From assembly GCA_043228905.1 (NCBI GenBank), contig JBHGNT010000011.1, forward strand, positions 2,604,001 to 2,668,000: a stretch of DNA of 64,000 nucleotides, in the 5' to 3' direction. This stretch comes from Azolla caroliniana. Its lineage: Eukaryota; Plantae; Polypodiophyta. The translations under genes were made by a program, and so were the position numbers. Under the pieces are notes generated by a model that was given only the letters and a program-made list of their open reading frames with translations, was not told where the DNA came from and searched no databases. Positions 1-13,196 of this stretch are shown here, in pieces (the first letter of the stretch is position 1; every line of letters starts with the position of its first letter).

Positions 1-284
1 ATACCTGGTACTTGAGAAAATCCTCGAGCAACAACACAAGCCTTGAAGTGAATTGGATTACCATTACTATCTCGCTTTATGCGTAAGACTCATTTAGAAC
101 CAATTATTTGACGATCTTTTGGAGGCTTAATGAGGGTCCATGTACCATTTTTAATTAAAGCCTTCATTTCTTATTCCATAGCCTTTCTCCATTTGATAGA
201 ATCCGATCCGGAAAGTGTATCTTTGGCCAATAGATTTGTGTCATCACTAAGGGTTGGAATATCTTCTTCTTGTATATAAGCTTT
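1..284 (-). mobile_element. 3' continuation (IN-RT linker and RT start) of old Copia B, split by insertion of Copia A
   Basis: Minus-strand peptide YIQEEDIPTLSDD...DSIKWRKAME joins in frame to ...DLDHEA of ORF 6723-8279 once 285-6756 and one TSD copy are removed. Confidence 0.8.
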
Positions 285-786
285 TGAAGTTAAAATCGTT
301 GCCGGCCACAACCGGTTTTGCATGTGCGGAATAATAGTCAATCTAATGGAAAGGAAAAAACAGAATACAGAAACTGAGAATGACACAGATTTTAACGTGG
401 AAACTCGAACTGGGAAAAACCACGTGGAGTCCACAAACTCTGAAACAGAACAGTATGAGAGAAAGGAATACAATCAAAGATCTCAGAGGCAACGACCTCG
501 AGATCCTGCTTCGCCAACTGGTGGCTATGGAGCTCACACTCGTTCACTCTCACAGTTATAGAGGCAACAACCTCGTCAACAGTAACTTTACAATAACACA
601 CTTATCTAACATGATTGCCCTAAGTATTTATATACTAATGTAACCTTTCGACTGTTTACAAACTTAGCCTTCCGTGTTGGCTATCTCCACGATTTCCGGT
701 TTCAGCTGAGGCCTATCCGCCTTGGCTGAGTTGCTCATCAACACGGTTCTTCTCACTTCCCATCCAGAGGGACCTGTTTCCTAACA
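285..786 (-). repeat. 3' LTR of Copia A
   Basis: Direct repeat of 6241-6756, lacking a 14-bp segment present in the other copy. Confidence 0.95.
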
Positions 787-1404
787 AAATCCCCCTTCAC
801 TCTGGCATGGGCTGTCTTACTAGTCTGATCCGCTTTCGACATGCATCCAGCTTGTCGGGTATTAGTACTTTGGTTAGCATATCTGACCCATTCTCGGTCG
901 TGTGGATCTTTGTCAGCGCGAACTCTCGATCTTCTACTCGCTCCCGGATCCAGTGATACCTACGCTGGATGTGCTTCGTCCTAGAATGGTATGTTGCGTT
1001 CTTAGCGAGGTGGATGGCACTTTGACTGTCGCAATAGAGCCGGTATTCATCTTGCCTGATACCGAGCTCTCCGATGAAGTCCTTCATCCATAATATTTCC
1101 TTGCTGGCTTCAACAACCGCCATGTACTCCGCCACCGTGGTTGACAACGCAACCGTCTTCTGCAACCTCGACTGCCACGAAACAGCTCCCCTTGCATATG
1201 TCATTACATACCCGGATGTAGACCAGCTGGTATCCACATCAGCCGACATATCCGAATCGGTAAAACCGTCAAGTTGAGGTTTACCGAAGCCAAATCGGAG
1301 ACACATATTCGAAGTGCCCTTCAAGTAACGGAGTATCCATTTGACCACGTTCTAGTGCTCCTTGCCGGGATTGCTCATAAACTGGCTCACCACTCCTACT
1401 ACGT

Positions 1405-2469
1405 TGTCGTGAAGTACGAAAGCTTCACATTAAAAGTCTACAATAAGATAAATACGTAACTAAAATAACATTTTGATAATGTTTTATATATAAAGATAAT
1501 ATTAACAACACATATGATAATATTATATATATGTAAAGAAAAATAATATATATATATATATATTACACGAACAAGAGAGGACTTGAACCAATAACCCCAC
1601 CCTATGACTTTCAAATCTTACCATTTACTCTATACTAATAATATATATAAAATAAAGGATTTGCTTCATGATATAAAAATGACGTTACATGTTGTAAATT
1701 CAATAATATTTGAGATACTCGAACCCACAACCTCATATACCACAGTCAACACACCTACCATTAGGCTAGGTCCTTTATTTTTAAAACTATATTTTCATGG
1801 TTATTCTTATGCCATATATTTTTTCATACATGAAAGCTCAAATGATCGAGATGCCTATCATGCATCACATGTAATGCATGAACGCCAAATGGCGATCATG
1901 CATCACATGCATTTCATGCACTACATGCATGACTTGTACCCTCCAATGCATCATATGCATGGGGGCACCTATTTAAATGGTGAAAGAGAAGATGAAAGGG
2001 GAGAAGTATGAGATATCAATCAAATATATATTACATAAGAGATACCATAAAATAGAGAAAGAAAGGAAGAAGTTCAACATAAAGGTGGAGCTCTCACTTG
2101 GCGATCGTGGTGGTCAACTCTCAACAAGAGAGAGGCGGTTTGAGGCTTATCTTCATCAAAATATTGAAGTGAAGATTGTTGTGGCCTACTATTAAGAAAG
2201 AGAAGATCGATTATCTTGTGAGACCAAGTTCGAAGGATCAACGACGCTTACAACCACTTTTGTAACTCTTTGATCAAAAAAAATTATAAATCTCTTTTAT
2301 TCCTTCAAATATCATTCAATATCCTATCTTGTCATATCTTGTTGATCTCTATTTACTCTATCTCTACTCTTTCGTCTCTTCCGTCCATAATCCCAGTGAT
2401 TCCTTCCTCACTTTCACAATATCTTTTGTCTATGCAACGCTACGCGTCTAGGCAAGCGACTTCACGACA
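1405..2469. mobile_element. Solo-LTR-like insert (1065 bp) inside the Copia A RT region
   Basis: 11-bp terminal inverted repeat TGTCGTGAAGT..ACTTCACGACA and 4-bp TSD ACGT (1401-1404, 2470-2473). The host frame RPDIGYVVGVVS is restored on removal. Confidence 0.85.
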
Positions 2470-4309
2470 ACGTATCCAATATCCGGTCGAGTACACACCA
2501 TTGTGTACATCAAGCTCCTGACGACAGAGGCATATGGAACCTTCATCATATCCGCCTTCTCTACTTTCTTCTTCGGGCTTTGCTCACCGGATAATCTGCA
2601 GTTTGCCGGGAGTGTTGATCCGACAGGTTTCTCTTGTAATATGTTGAACCACTGAAGCACCTTTGTCACGTATTTCTCCTGTGACAACCACAATTGCTTC
2701 TTTGACCGATCCCGGATGATGTGCATCCCCAGTATCTGTCTTGTCGGGCCCAAGTCTTTCATTGTGAAGGTTTGATTGAGGGCCTTCTTCAGCATCCGTA
2801 TTTCAGCTTGGTCCCGTCCAACGATCAACATGTCGTCCACGTACAGAAGGAGTATCAGGAAGTTGCCTCCTTCGAACTTCTTCACAAACACGTAGTGATC
2901 GGTTTGCGTTTTGTGATACCCTTGGTCGGTCATGAAGGAGTCGAACTTCCGGTACCATTGTCGAGGAGCCTGCTTCAATCCGTACAGGCTCTTCTTCAAC
3001 CGGCAAACCAAGTGCTCCTTCCCTTTCTCCACGAATCCTTCCGGTTGCTGCATGTAGATCTCCTCTTTGAGGTCACCGTGAAGGAATGTCGTCTTCACGT
3101 CCAACTGCTCTACCTTGAGGTCCATGCTTGACGCTATACTCAGCACCGTTCGGATGGAAGTCATCTTTACTACCGGGGCAAATATCTCGTTGAAGTCCAC
3201 GCCCTTCTTCTGCTGGAACCCCTTCACCACGATCCTGGCTTTGTATCTCGAGGGGTTGCCGGCATCTCCCGGTTTCAACTTGTACACCCACTTGTTTCGG
3301 AGTGCCTGCTTTTCTTTCGGCAACTCCACCAATTCGTACGTATGGTTCTCATGCAGGGAATCCATCTCATCCTGCATGGCACTTAACCATTTGTGGCTAT
3401 GGGCATCACTTTTAGCTTCCTCGAAGCTTTCTGGCTCCCCCTCATCGGTTAGCAACACATGCTCTGGATCCGGAAATCTCCGGGGGGGCCTTCTCTCTCT
3501 GAGAGGATATCTGCGTCCTTGGGCTTCGATAACCGGCTCCTTCATTTTCTCTTCATCCGAATCCGATTCTGGGTCTTGTCCGGTTTTGGTTTCACCTATT
3601 CCTTCTTCTTCAGCCGGTTTTGTCTCCTCATCGTCACCGGCCGGTTCATCGAGTGCTAACCGGCTTCTTGGTGGTTGGAACTGCATTTCATCAAATTGAA
3701 ATTTTTCCTTACCGGTCGACTCGGAGTTCATTATCTTCTTCTCTGACTCCCAGTCGGCGAGCGTCTTGTCCTCCATGAAGATAATATCTCGACTCCGGAA
3801 TACTTTCTGGTCGACCGGGTCCCACACTCGGTAGCTGAACTCATCGTCGCCGTAACCAAGGATCTAACTTTCCTCTCCGGTCCTTAGCTACATGCACGTA
3901 CGCAAGACACCCGAATACCTTCAGATGCCGGTAGGACACTTCCTTACCGGTCCAGACTCTCTGCGACGTGTCTCCGTCCAAGGGTACTGAGGGTGATCTA
4001 TTTATCACATATGTCGCCGTCGACAATGCCTCAGCCCAAAACATCTTGGGTAATTTTGCATGCGCCAACATACTCTGGACCCTCTCCATTATGGTCCGGT
4101 TCATCCTCTCGGCTAGCCCGTTTAGTTCTGGCGTCTTTTGCACAATAAATTCGAGTCGGATTCCCTTCGAGCGACAGTACTCCTCGAACTGCCCCCGGTA
4201 TTTTCCTTCGTTATCTACTCGAACCGCCTTCAGCTTTCGGACAGTTTCTCTTTCCACTCTCGTGTGGAGCTCTTTGAAGACGGATAACACCTGATCCTTC
4301 GTCTTCAAC

Positions 4310-5073
4310 GATGTGGCCCATAGCTTCCGGCTGTGGTCATCTATGAACGTCACGAAGTACTGCGATCCGGCATGTGACTTCGTGTCCACTTGACACACAT
4401 CAGTATGCACCAACTCCACGATGTGGCCCATAGCTTCCGGCTGTAGTCATCTATGAACGTCACGAAGTACTGCGATCCGGCATGTGACTTCGTGTCCACT
4501 TGACACACATCAGTATGCACCAACTCCAGTGGTGCATTACGTCTCATCGGTGGCCTCGATCGAAAGGAGGTCTGGTTTTGTTTACCGGCCAGAAAATCAG
4601 TGCACTTCTCCAAGTGCACGTTCTTCACTGGAATGATGTTGACGACTGCAAGCCTCTTCATCCCCTTCTCTCTCATGTGACACATCCTCTTGTGCCACAG
4701 CTCACCGACAGTGTTAGATACTACGTTCACTTCCTCCGGACATAACCGGGCATTCATCAGGTACAGAGTGTTGACTTTCCGGGCCCGAGCCACAATCAGG
4801 CTCCCTTTGCTGAACTTCATAACACCGTTCTGATGCTACTCATGTATCCTTCACTGGAATGAGGTTGACGACTGCAAGCCTCTTCATCCCCTTCTCTCTC
4901 ATGTGACACATCCTCTTGTGCCACAGCTCACCGGCAGTGTTAGATACTACGTTCACTTCCTCCGGACATAACCGGGCATTCATCAGGTACAGAGTGTTGA
5001 CTTTCGGGGCTTGAGCCACAATCAGGCTCCCTTTGCTGAACTTCATAACACCGTTCTGGATGCTACTCATGTA
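4310..5073. repeat. Two internal tandem duplications (about 110 bp and about 227 bp) in the Copia A integrase region
   Basis: About 4310-4418 repeats at 4420-4528, and about 4623-4846 repeats at 4850-5073. Duplicated peptides are visible in the ORF track. Confidence 0.85.
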
Positions 5074-6240
5074 GCCTTCATCATCTAACCGACCGGCTGA
5101 TATTAGGTTCAATCGAACCTCCAGAACATGTCGAACATCCTTCAGCAGCATCTCGCATCCGGTTGATGTCGTCAACCACACATCTCCTATGCCGACAATT
5201 CGGCATGTACCTTCATTCCCCATCCGAACACGGCCGTGGTCACCGGCTGAGTAGGATGAGAAGCATTTTCTATCCGGGGTCAGGTGGAACGACGCTCTGG
5301 AATTGACCACCCACGTCATCTCGTCGTCGGCAAGGTTCAACTCACTCTCCTCAGTGATAAGCATTAGCTCCTCTTCGTTTGTCGTGATTGTCGTCGTTCC
5401 TTTCCGGTCCTGCCCTTGCCGATCCGAACCGTTTCGGTCCGATGACTTCTTCGAATCGGTACTGTCGATTTCCTTGTCTTTCCGGAAATGCCGACAATTC
5501 TTCTCGAAGTGCCCCGACTTCCCGCAGTAGAAGCAAGTAGGCCTCCCTCTTGACTTTGACCGTCCGGGGATTCCGATTCCTTTGTCTTCCACGTTCCAAT
5601 TCGGAAAGGAGCGCTTTTGAGTCGGGGATCGGTTCCTTGTCCTTCCGACGCGCCTCCTCGTTCAGGATGCTTGTCTTCATCGTCTGCAAAGACAAGTTCT
5701 CTTCTTGGTAGGAGGTGCTGAGAGTAACCACCAAGTTCTCCCAGCTTTCCGGCAACATACACATCAACATGATTGCCTGCATTGCATCATCCAAGGGGAA
5801 CTTGATCGCTGCAAGTTGATTTACATACCACATGAATGTGCTTACGTGTTCAACCATGCTCTCGCCGTCTCTGTATTCCAGGTTTACTATTTTCCTCATC
5901 AATGAGGTTCTGTTGAGCGCATTCTTCCTCTCATAAAGACCCGACAGCTTCTGCCATATCTCGTGGGCATTCATGTCGTTCGCCACGTGCTGAAGGACAC
6001 TTACATCGACACACCGTCAGATAGTGGCCACGGCTTTCCTATTCAAAAGCTTCCAATCCGACTCCAATACCCCCTTTGGTTTTTTCGATCTATCGATTGG
6101 CTCGTACAGGTCTTTTACAATGAGAAGGTCTTCCATCTGAATCTTCCAGTCTACATAGTTCTGTCAATTTAGAACCATCATACTTGGGCAGCCACTCCCG
6201 CCTCCTTCCATTTTCTGTGTTGCTCACTCTGATACCAGTT

Positions 6241-6756
6241 TGAAGTTAAAATCGTTGCCGGCCACAACCAGTTTTGCGTGTGCGGAATAATAGTCAATCT
6301 AATGGAAAAGAAAACACAGAATACAGAAATTGAGAATGACACATATTTTAATGTGGAAACCCGAACTGGGAAAAACCACGTGGAGTCCACAAACTCCGAA
6401 ACAGAACACTATGAGAGAAAGGAATACAATCAGAGATCTCAGAGGCAACGACCTCGAGATCCTGCTTCGCCAACTAGCGGCTATGGAGCTCACATGCTTC
6501 CACTCACACTCGTTCACTCTCACAGTTACAAAGGCAACAACCTCGTCAATAGTAACTTTACAATAACGCACTTATCTAATATGATTGCCCTAAGTACTTA
6601 TATACTAATGTAACCTTTCGACTATTTACAAACTTAGCCTTCCGTGTTGGCTATCTCCACGATTTCCGATTTCGACCGAGGCCTATCCGCCTCGGCCGAG
6701 TTGCTCATCAACACGGTTCTTCTCACTTCCCATCCGGAGGGACCTGTTTCCTAACA
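6241..6756 (-). repeat. 5' LTR of Copia A
   Basis: Followed on the minus strand by PBS TGGTATCAGAG. Confidence 0.95.
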
Positions 6757-8850
6757 GCTTCATGGTCCAAGTCCACAAAATGTGCTTCCATTTGATCAAG
6801 TTCTTTATTTTGAAATTCATGAGACATACACTCACCACCACCATCGGTTTGACGACTTTTAATCTTTGATGATATTTGCACTTCGAATCGAGCCTTGTAT
6901 TCTTTGAATGCTTGATAAGCTTGAATTTTGTACTTGAGAAAATGCAAGATTGTAAATCTACTCAAGTCATCTATAAAGCTAATGAAATATTTGGCTCCAC
7001 TAAGAGAAGGGGTTGGAAAAGGTCCACATAGATCACTATGTACTAATGCAAGAGTGGTAGAGGCTCTTGATCTATGCTTTAGAAAGGGTTTTTGGGGCAT
7101 TTTCCCAAGGATACAACTTTCACACAAAGAGATGGGCTCGAAAGGTTCTTTTGGCAAACCATGGACTAGATTATTACATTGTAATGTTTTTCGAGCATTG
7201 AAATGCATATGGCCTACACAAAAATGCCAAAGAGAAGAGGGAGAATGTAGATTAGTTAAAGATATAGAGGATTGAATTGGGGTAGAGTGATGTGTTTCTA
7301 AAATAAGAGATGTAGGAATACATTTTATGGGATATAATCCTCCTTCTCGTTTGCAACAAGTTCTAATAAGTTCTCCATTTGTGGCTTTATGTTTAATAAT
7401 AACATGGTTAGGATGAAACTCAATGATAGTACCATTTGTTGTTGCTTGACTAACCGATAACAAATGTTTGGTGATGCCTGGGACATAGAGAACTTCATTG
7501 ATTGTGAAATGTCTTCCTCTTGTGACTTCAAAAGTAATATCACCCTTGCTAATAGCTTGTTTAGTCCCATTATTTCCAAATCTTACAATGATAGGGGGTT
7601 CAACTTCCTTATAATTACATAACCATTCTTTCCTATTAGTTAAGTGGTTAGCGGTACAAGTGTCGAGATACCATACGTCATTTACATTACTTGGATTTGG
7701 AATCATGGCGGAAAGTGATTCAATAATGAATGCTTGAAGAACATCGTCATACTTGTCACCATTTTGATATCCATCTCCTATGGTTTTATCATCATTCATC
7801 TCTTCTTCAACAAGATGGGCTTGCACACGCCTCCAAGGTTGATAGTTCTTGAAATTTGACTTTGCACGACAATCTTTTGTTGCATGATTAGAACGTTTGC
7901 ATATTTTACAATAGGTGTTGTTAAACCACATTCCTCCTTGTTTAGTGTTTTGATTTTTCTTTATCCATGGCTTTGAGCTTTCTCCTCTTTGAGTGAATCT
8001 TCGGTTTTTGTATGCTACCATTGCCACAATTGGAGTTGAATTTGAAGACCTTTGTGAACGCATTGTTTCTTCCTGTCTAATATTTGCAAGAAGATCAATT
8101 AGAGTTGGACAATTTATAGAGTTTTGGGTGGTTCTGAAAATGGACCACGAGTGACGAAGAGCACCAAGAAGGAGAATCTTTTGTAATTTATCATGAATTT
8201 CTAATCTCGAAGATAACAAATCATCTAATTTCTTTTGCCATATTAATATAAATTCACCAACCGGTTGTTCATAATTCATTTTGTAATTAACAAGCGCTTG
8301 AAGTGTATGTGCTTGTTGGGCATCGTTTTTTGGTTCGTAGATAGTTTATAAATGCTTCCACATTTCATGAGCCGTCTCCATTTTTCACAATGTTTCTCTG
8401 GTGCCATCACTTACGTCCATTAGAATTTCCATTTTTGCACATAGGTCTTTTTCCTCATATTCTTCAAGTTCTTCGCCTTTTTCCAGTTTTGTTGATGATC
8501 TTGAAATTATATCCCATAATTTATTATATTTAAAAATTAATTCCAATCTTGCCTTCCATATTCGATAATTTCTCAATCGTAAATTTTCGCGTGTTGAGTT
8601 ACGACGATGTCATAGATTGTGCCATTATTGCAGAGGGCTATCCGAATCCGCGCACGACAAAACACAAAATTGTCTTTCGTTATTTGACGATTTTGGACAC
8701 TACGAATATGACTCCTTTTATATGCGTATAAGAGTTAAATTATGATAAGGGCATGTGTTGTAATTTTGGAAAGGCATAGACTATAGGTTATAACTCGTTT
8801 GGCTCTAATACCATGTAGGAAAAAAAAAAAGAGTAGATAGAAAGAAAAGG

Positions 8851-8900
<50 letters not shown>

Positions 8901-9081
8901 CTTGAGGGAAACAGAAAACGTATTGTATTAATAGAATGCCCTAATAGTTACAACGTTGGTGGTGGCTTTCTAAGACCACCACCGATATAGTTACGGTTCC
9001 CTTCTCATGAAGGAAACCGTATTCCTAAGAACTATTAACTATTAATATTTATTTATTTATTTTCATTTATTATTTTCCACA
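6757..9081 (-). mobile_element. 5' part of old AT-rich Copia B (5' LTR 8814-9081, PBS, gag-PR-partial IN)
   Basis: LTR TGTAGGAAAA..TTTTCCACA with (AG)n and PBS TGGTATTAGAGCC at 8801-8813. ORF 6723-8279 has a CxxCxxxxHxxxxC knuckle, WYLDT protease motif, GAG-pre-integrase and VHSDLCGP integrase. The IN C-terminus is deleted. Confidence 0.88.
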
Positions 9082-10735
9082 GAAATTTCCTCTTCCATTA
9101 GTTCATCATAATGTTAAACGAAGGGCATAATAATACAACACCACTGTGTTGGTACTTTGTAGAGTAACCATAAGTTTTTGAATGTTTCTGTATTATGGAG
9201 GGATATTTCAGTAATGTCTTAAAAACTTTGTGGTTATTAGTTAAGTACTTGGTTGTATTTTCCTTTAATTTAGTTTTAATTAAAAAATAAATCACTAAAT
9301 TTGAGTACAAGTAAAACATATGTGATGGCTAATACCCATTGATGATTTGCGTGGCATGATCATCATATGCTATACATTATTACAATGAATAGAAGGACTT
9401 GATAGAGGCGTTTATGAACGCAATGGTGTTTTCAAGATTATGCCTTTCTTTTCTAGCCAACATAATTGGTGCATGTAATGACTGGTTAAAAACTTACTTC
9501 TGATATCTTTCTAGTGTCAAGGAATCAAACCTCAACCTTTACAAAGTTAGACTTGTTTAGTGATATAGTCCTTCGAATGTGTTAACATATGATACTTCAC
9601 AACTATAGTTTATGCTTCTATTGTTAATTCTTAGTTTTGTGTTTGATCTATACTCATAGGGTATAAAATATAGCTAATATTACATCCCTGCGTTTGACCC
9701 TTCTAATGGAAGATAATTTAGTGTTATATTTCAATCTCTTCCATTGATATATATATTTTTCTTAAATTTAACAAATGATGTTTCTTTTGTGGAAACTCTC
9801 AAACTCCACTAAACAATGTTGTAGCTCACTTCCAATGTTATTGAGCTGATTAAATATCATATTGATATAACTGTCATGATCAAGACTTTGATAAATTGAG
9901 TAAGTAATGCCACCAAATGTCACAAACATAAACATTTAATGGTGTGTGTGGCAAAGTTGAAGGACTTGTCATGGGCTATCAAATGACAAAAAGGTCAAAT
10001 GCTCAAATTATTCTATGTAGTGATATAGATGCCTCATAGTTAAGAATCTAGAACGATAAAAATCAATATGCATAAAAAGATATGAAGAATGAAAAGATAT
10101 TACTTCAATTTGTTACAATAAATCGTTGTCCAAAGTAATGGTGGAGGACCAAATCTCACTAAAGACCAAAAATATCATATGGAGGCAATGATGCTAAAAC
10201 AAACTAGACACATGGAACCAAGTCATGTGCATAGATATGAATGAACACACAAAGTCTAGTAATGGACAAGAAAGCTCTAAAGTCGTATAAAAGGTCTACG
10301 CTAGTGTTTTAAGGTTCTTTTTTTTCCATGAGTGGGTCGATTGAGTTTTTCCTTTCTTGTGAATCTTAGAGCTCAAGGATGGAGGAAATTTAAAGTTGGA
10401 AAGTTTACTTTGAAATCATGAGTTTTTAGAATTTATGAGGGTATGAGTGGTTAGGGGAGATTAATCTGATGAGATTTCATTGAAATACGAACCCGTGTCT
10501 CCTCCTAACTCACATTCAAACACCTTATTTGTAACTATGGGTCCCTACAACGACGCTTCATCTTTCTTACGCAATAGTGTCAAAGTAGGTAACCAGATAT
10601 TGCTTTCAATTTGGTATGTGGACCGGCCAACTTATAACTTACCTATATTTGAACTTCTTTGAGTGGCACGAGTGCACGACGAGGGTCACATTCACAAATT
10701 CGAAATACAAGTTGTGAGAAAAATTTACAAGTTAG
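9082..10735 (+). repeat. Copy 1 of a duplicated 1.5-1.65 kb non-coding segment (AKR 3' flank)
   Basis: Colinear with 14997-16460 from GAAATTTCC..CCATTAGTTCATCA to AAATTTACAAGTT. Each copy has a private block (about 9225-9598 and about 15145-15350). Confidence 0.85.
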
Positions 10736-10759
10736 GATATTTGTAAGCTCCATGTTTTA

Positions 10760-12805
10760 AATTTTCACTTGAAGCATAAGCTACCGTTCTTTTTCAGCAC
10801 AATGAACCATCGATTGAAGTATGGTACATTGGACGGTTCGAGGATCCCATCTTGATCTTCTCCTTGATTGGCTCAATCAACTTCGAGATGTGAGCTGTCA
10901 ATACTGTGATCGACTTGATGTTCCATGGTACATGCGATACTATGAAAATCACCATTGGCTCCATAATGGTTAGGGTTTATGCACCCTAGCTCGCTTGGCG
11001 AGAAGGCAAAAGCCCTTCCATGGCTTTCGATCATCCTTCTAAAATTTTCTTCCTCCCTAACCAATAAGAACCCACCCCCACCAATCGGGATCTTTCATCG
11101 CGTCTCGTTGGTGAACAAGTGCCCTATGCCTTTTGGGTCCCACAAGCTAGGATCAACCCCTACCCCCTTCATCCGCTCCCAATTGTCATCACGCAATGGG
11201 GTTGCCACATGCTTGACCTTCTTATCCATGGTCTTGTAGTTCTTTTGTATCTTGAGTGTCCTTTCTTCCTTGATCAATTGCCCAAGCTCTTCGATGGTAG
11301 TATTCATGTCAATGGAGTTGACTAGGATAGCCTCATTCTAATTAAGGCCCAAAGAAACCCCTCTCTCCATCTCTTCGAGCGTGTTGTCAAATGAGACCGC
11401 CTGCAGAACACCACTAAGTTATAATGTCATCTTCTTCTAATAGATTACATTGTTTCAAATACTTCTCATGTCTCTTAGCAATAGCCTGATACATACAACT
11501 TAACCTAGTAAATTTACAAGCTCCATTTTCGGAGACCCAAAACTTCTTACTACTATCTCTAATAATATTACAAGTTTGCAAGGGCTTGGGTTGGCTTGGG
11601 CTATTGCGGCCCCATGCCTTAATAGCCCACATTAAAAACCCTCTCGGCTTTCACTGTTGAGGGTGTCTCGGTTCCGCTCATGATTGGGCCTTACGGTGAG
11701 GAACTGCACAGAATGTTTTCCGCCATGGCTCTTAAACCATCCACCGACCCATTGTCAAGCACCTTCATCTCCATACGAGACGCCGTGATGTAAGGCTCCT
11801 CCAAGATGAATGGGTGGGAGGACTTCTCCTCAACAAAGTAGTGTTGGTCTATCTCCATATCTCCTACCTTCATGCATACATTTGGACAAGCCCGATGATA
11901 TCTTCCATCCATTTTTGGTATTGATCAACCATTTCCCCTTCTAACCCCTTCTTGTAGAAATCCATGGACATGAGGTTGATCTCGGATTTATGGTCGATCA
12001 ATGCCACCACGAGTTCCTTAACGTCTCCAATCCGCAATTGTGTTTCCGTGGTCACTCTTGCCCAATGTGGCCTCATGCAGTGACTATACCCATAGCCTTC
12101 CTCGGTGGCCAACTCAATCACCATCACCAGATTACGCTTGCAGATATTGCGCCCTGTTCCGTCGAGAGCCACTTTCTCTTCACAAGGTTAATGATGGTAT
12201 CGTGGAATTCCTTGGCAACACCAAGGACCTCCCATAATACTTTTTCGTTACAATACAAATGATGGTCAATGAATTCCAACTAGCTATCGAGGATCCTCTC
12301 CATCACCTTCTTCAAATTTGACACTTTCTCTATTTCTGAGCAAAGCTTAAAGCTTGGAGGCTTGCCCTTCTCTTTCCCCCTTTCTTTGCGTTTCTAGGCC
12401 AAGATGGCCTCCTCCTTCCTTTGCATCCCTCGGGTCTTGTACTTTCTTGAGGGGCGGACCCCTTCCTCATTCCCAACCCTCTTCTCTTTGACCTTCACCT
12501 TGTAATTTTGGCACACAATTTCTACTAAGCCCATCTTCTCCTCCACCGGGTCGTTCCACCTGGTCACCTCTTGAATGCTGTTCTTAGCTTGGTCCACCTC
12601 TTCTTTCTTGATCTTCACATGTGAGAGGCTCCCAAGGATAGCCGGCCAACACTCTAACTCCTCTTCTCAGCCCCTTGCTTCACTCCCTACTCGGATTCCG
12701 GCCGATGCCCACTCTTCCTCGTCCCCTTATTCTTCCATGATTGCACACCCCTTCTTGGCACTAATGCACCTGATTTTCCCACAGTTGGCGTGCCACATCA
12801 CGACA
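10760..12805 (-). mobile_element. Degenerate Gypsy fragment (end of gag, PR, RT start), same lineage as 54570-60282
   Basis: ALIDHKSEINLMS protease motif, HGRAFAFSPSELGC and YSNRWF-like RT start, all homologous to ORFs at 57910-59406. A possible TGTCGTG outer terminus is at 12805. Confidence 0.8.
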
Positions 12806-12844
12806 ACATAAACAAGAATGCGTAAAATACAATTCCATATAACT

Positions 12845-12935
12845 TACTTCATCTTGATCGAAATCACATTCATTCAATCTTATGCACGTACTTCATCTTG
12901 ATCAAAATCACATTCATTCAATCCTACGAACGTAT
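12845..12935. repeat. Tandem duplication of about 44 bp upstream of the AKR gene
   Basis: TACTTCATCTTGATC(G/A)AAATCACATTCATTCAATC occurs twice in tandem. Confidence 0.8.
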
Positions 12936-13196
12936 TGCATGGGTTTCGATGATCAAGGAGTCACTCAAATTGATGAGAACATGTAATGGGGACAACATTG
13001 GCAGGTGGACAAATTTTGGTTTTAGTATAAATTCCAGATGTTTTTTTGATGGTTCTCTTTTCGTCTTAGACAAACAAAATTGTGTTTGCTTGTGGCCCAA
13101 GTATTAGGGTTAGGGTCAAAGAAGCGTACAGTAACCAAATACTTGCTTATCACTCTTTGATAAGCTGCTGCATTTAATTGAGAAACTGCGCTGGGT

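Larger units (their letters stand above)
285..6756 (-). mobile_element. Full-length degenerate Ty1/Copia LTR retrotransposon (Copia A)
   Basis: LTRs 285-786 and 6241-6756 (TG..CA). PBS TGGTATCAGAG (tRNA-iMet) at about 6228-6238. PPT GAAGGGGGATTT next to 786. TSD GCTTT/GCTTC. ORF pieces: gag, zinc knuckle and PR (4840-6180), IN (3841-4820), RT with YVDD (2448-3827), RNase H (797-1348). Confidence 0.95.

Noticed and set aside
1604-2011. His/Met-rich 135-aa ORF
   Set aside because: It derives from ATGCAT-type low-complexity repeats inside a solo-LTR-like insert and has no recognisable domain.
12775-12796. TGGCACGCCAACTGTGGGA (minus strand) as a tRNA-Arg PBS
   Set aside because: The match is imperfect and it is not preceded by an LTR CA end. 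It lies just inside a probable TGTCGTG terminus and remains ambiguous.
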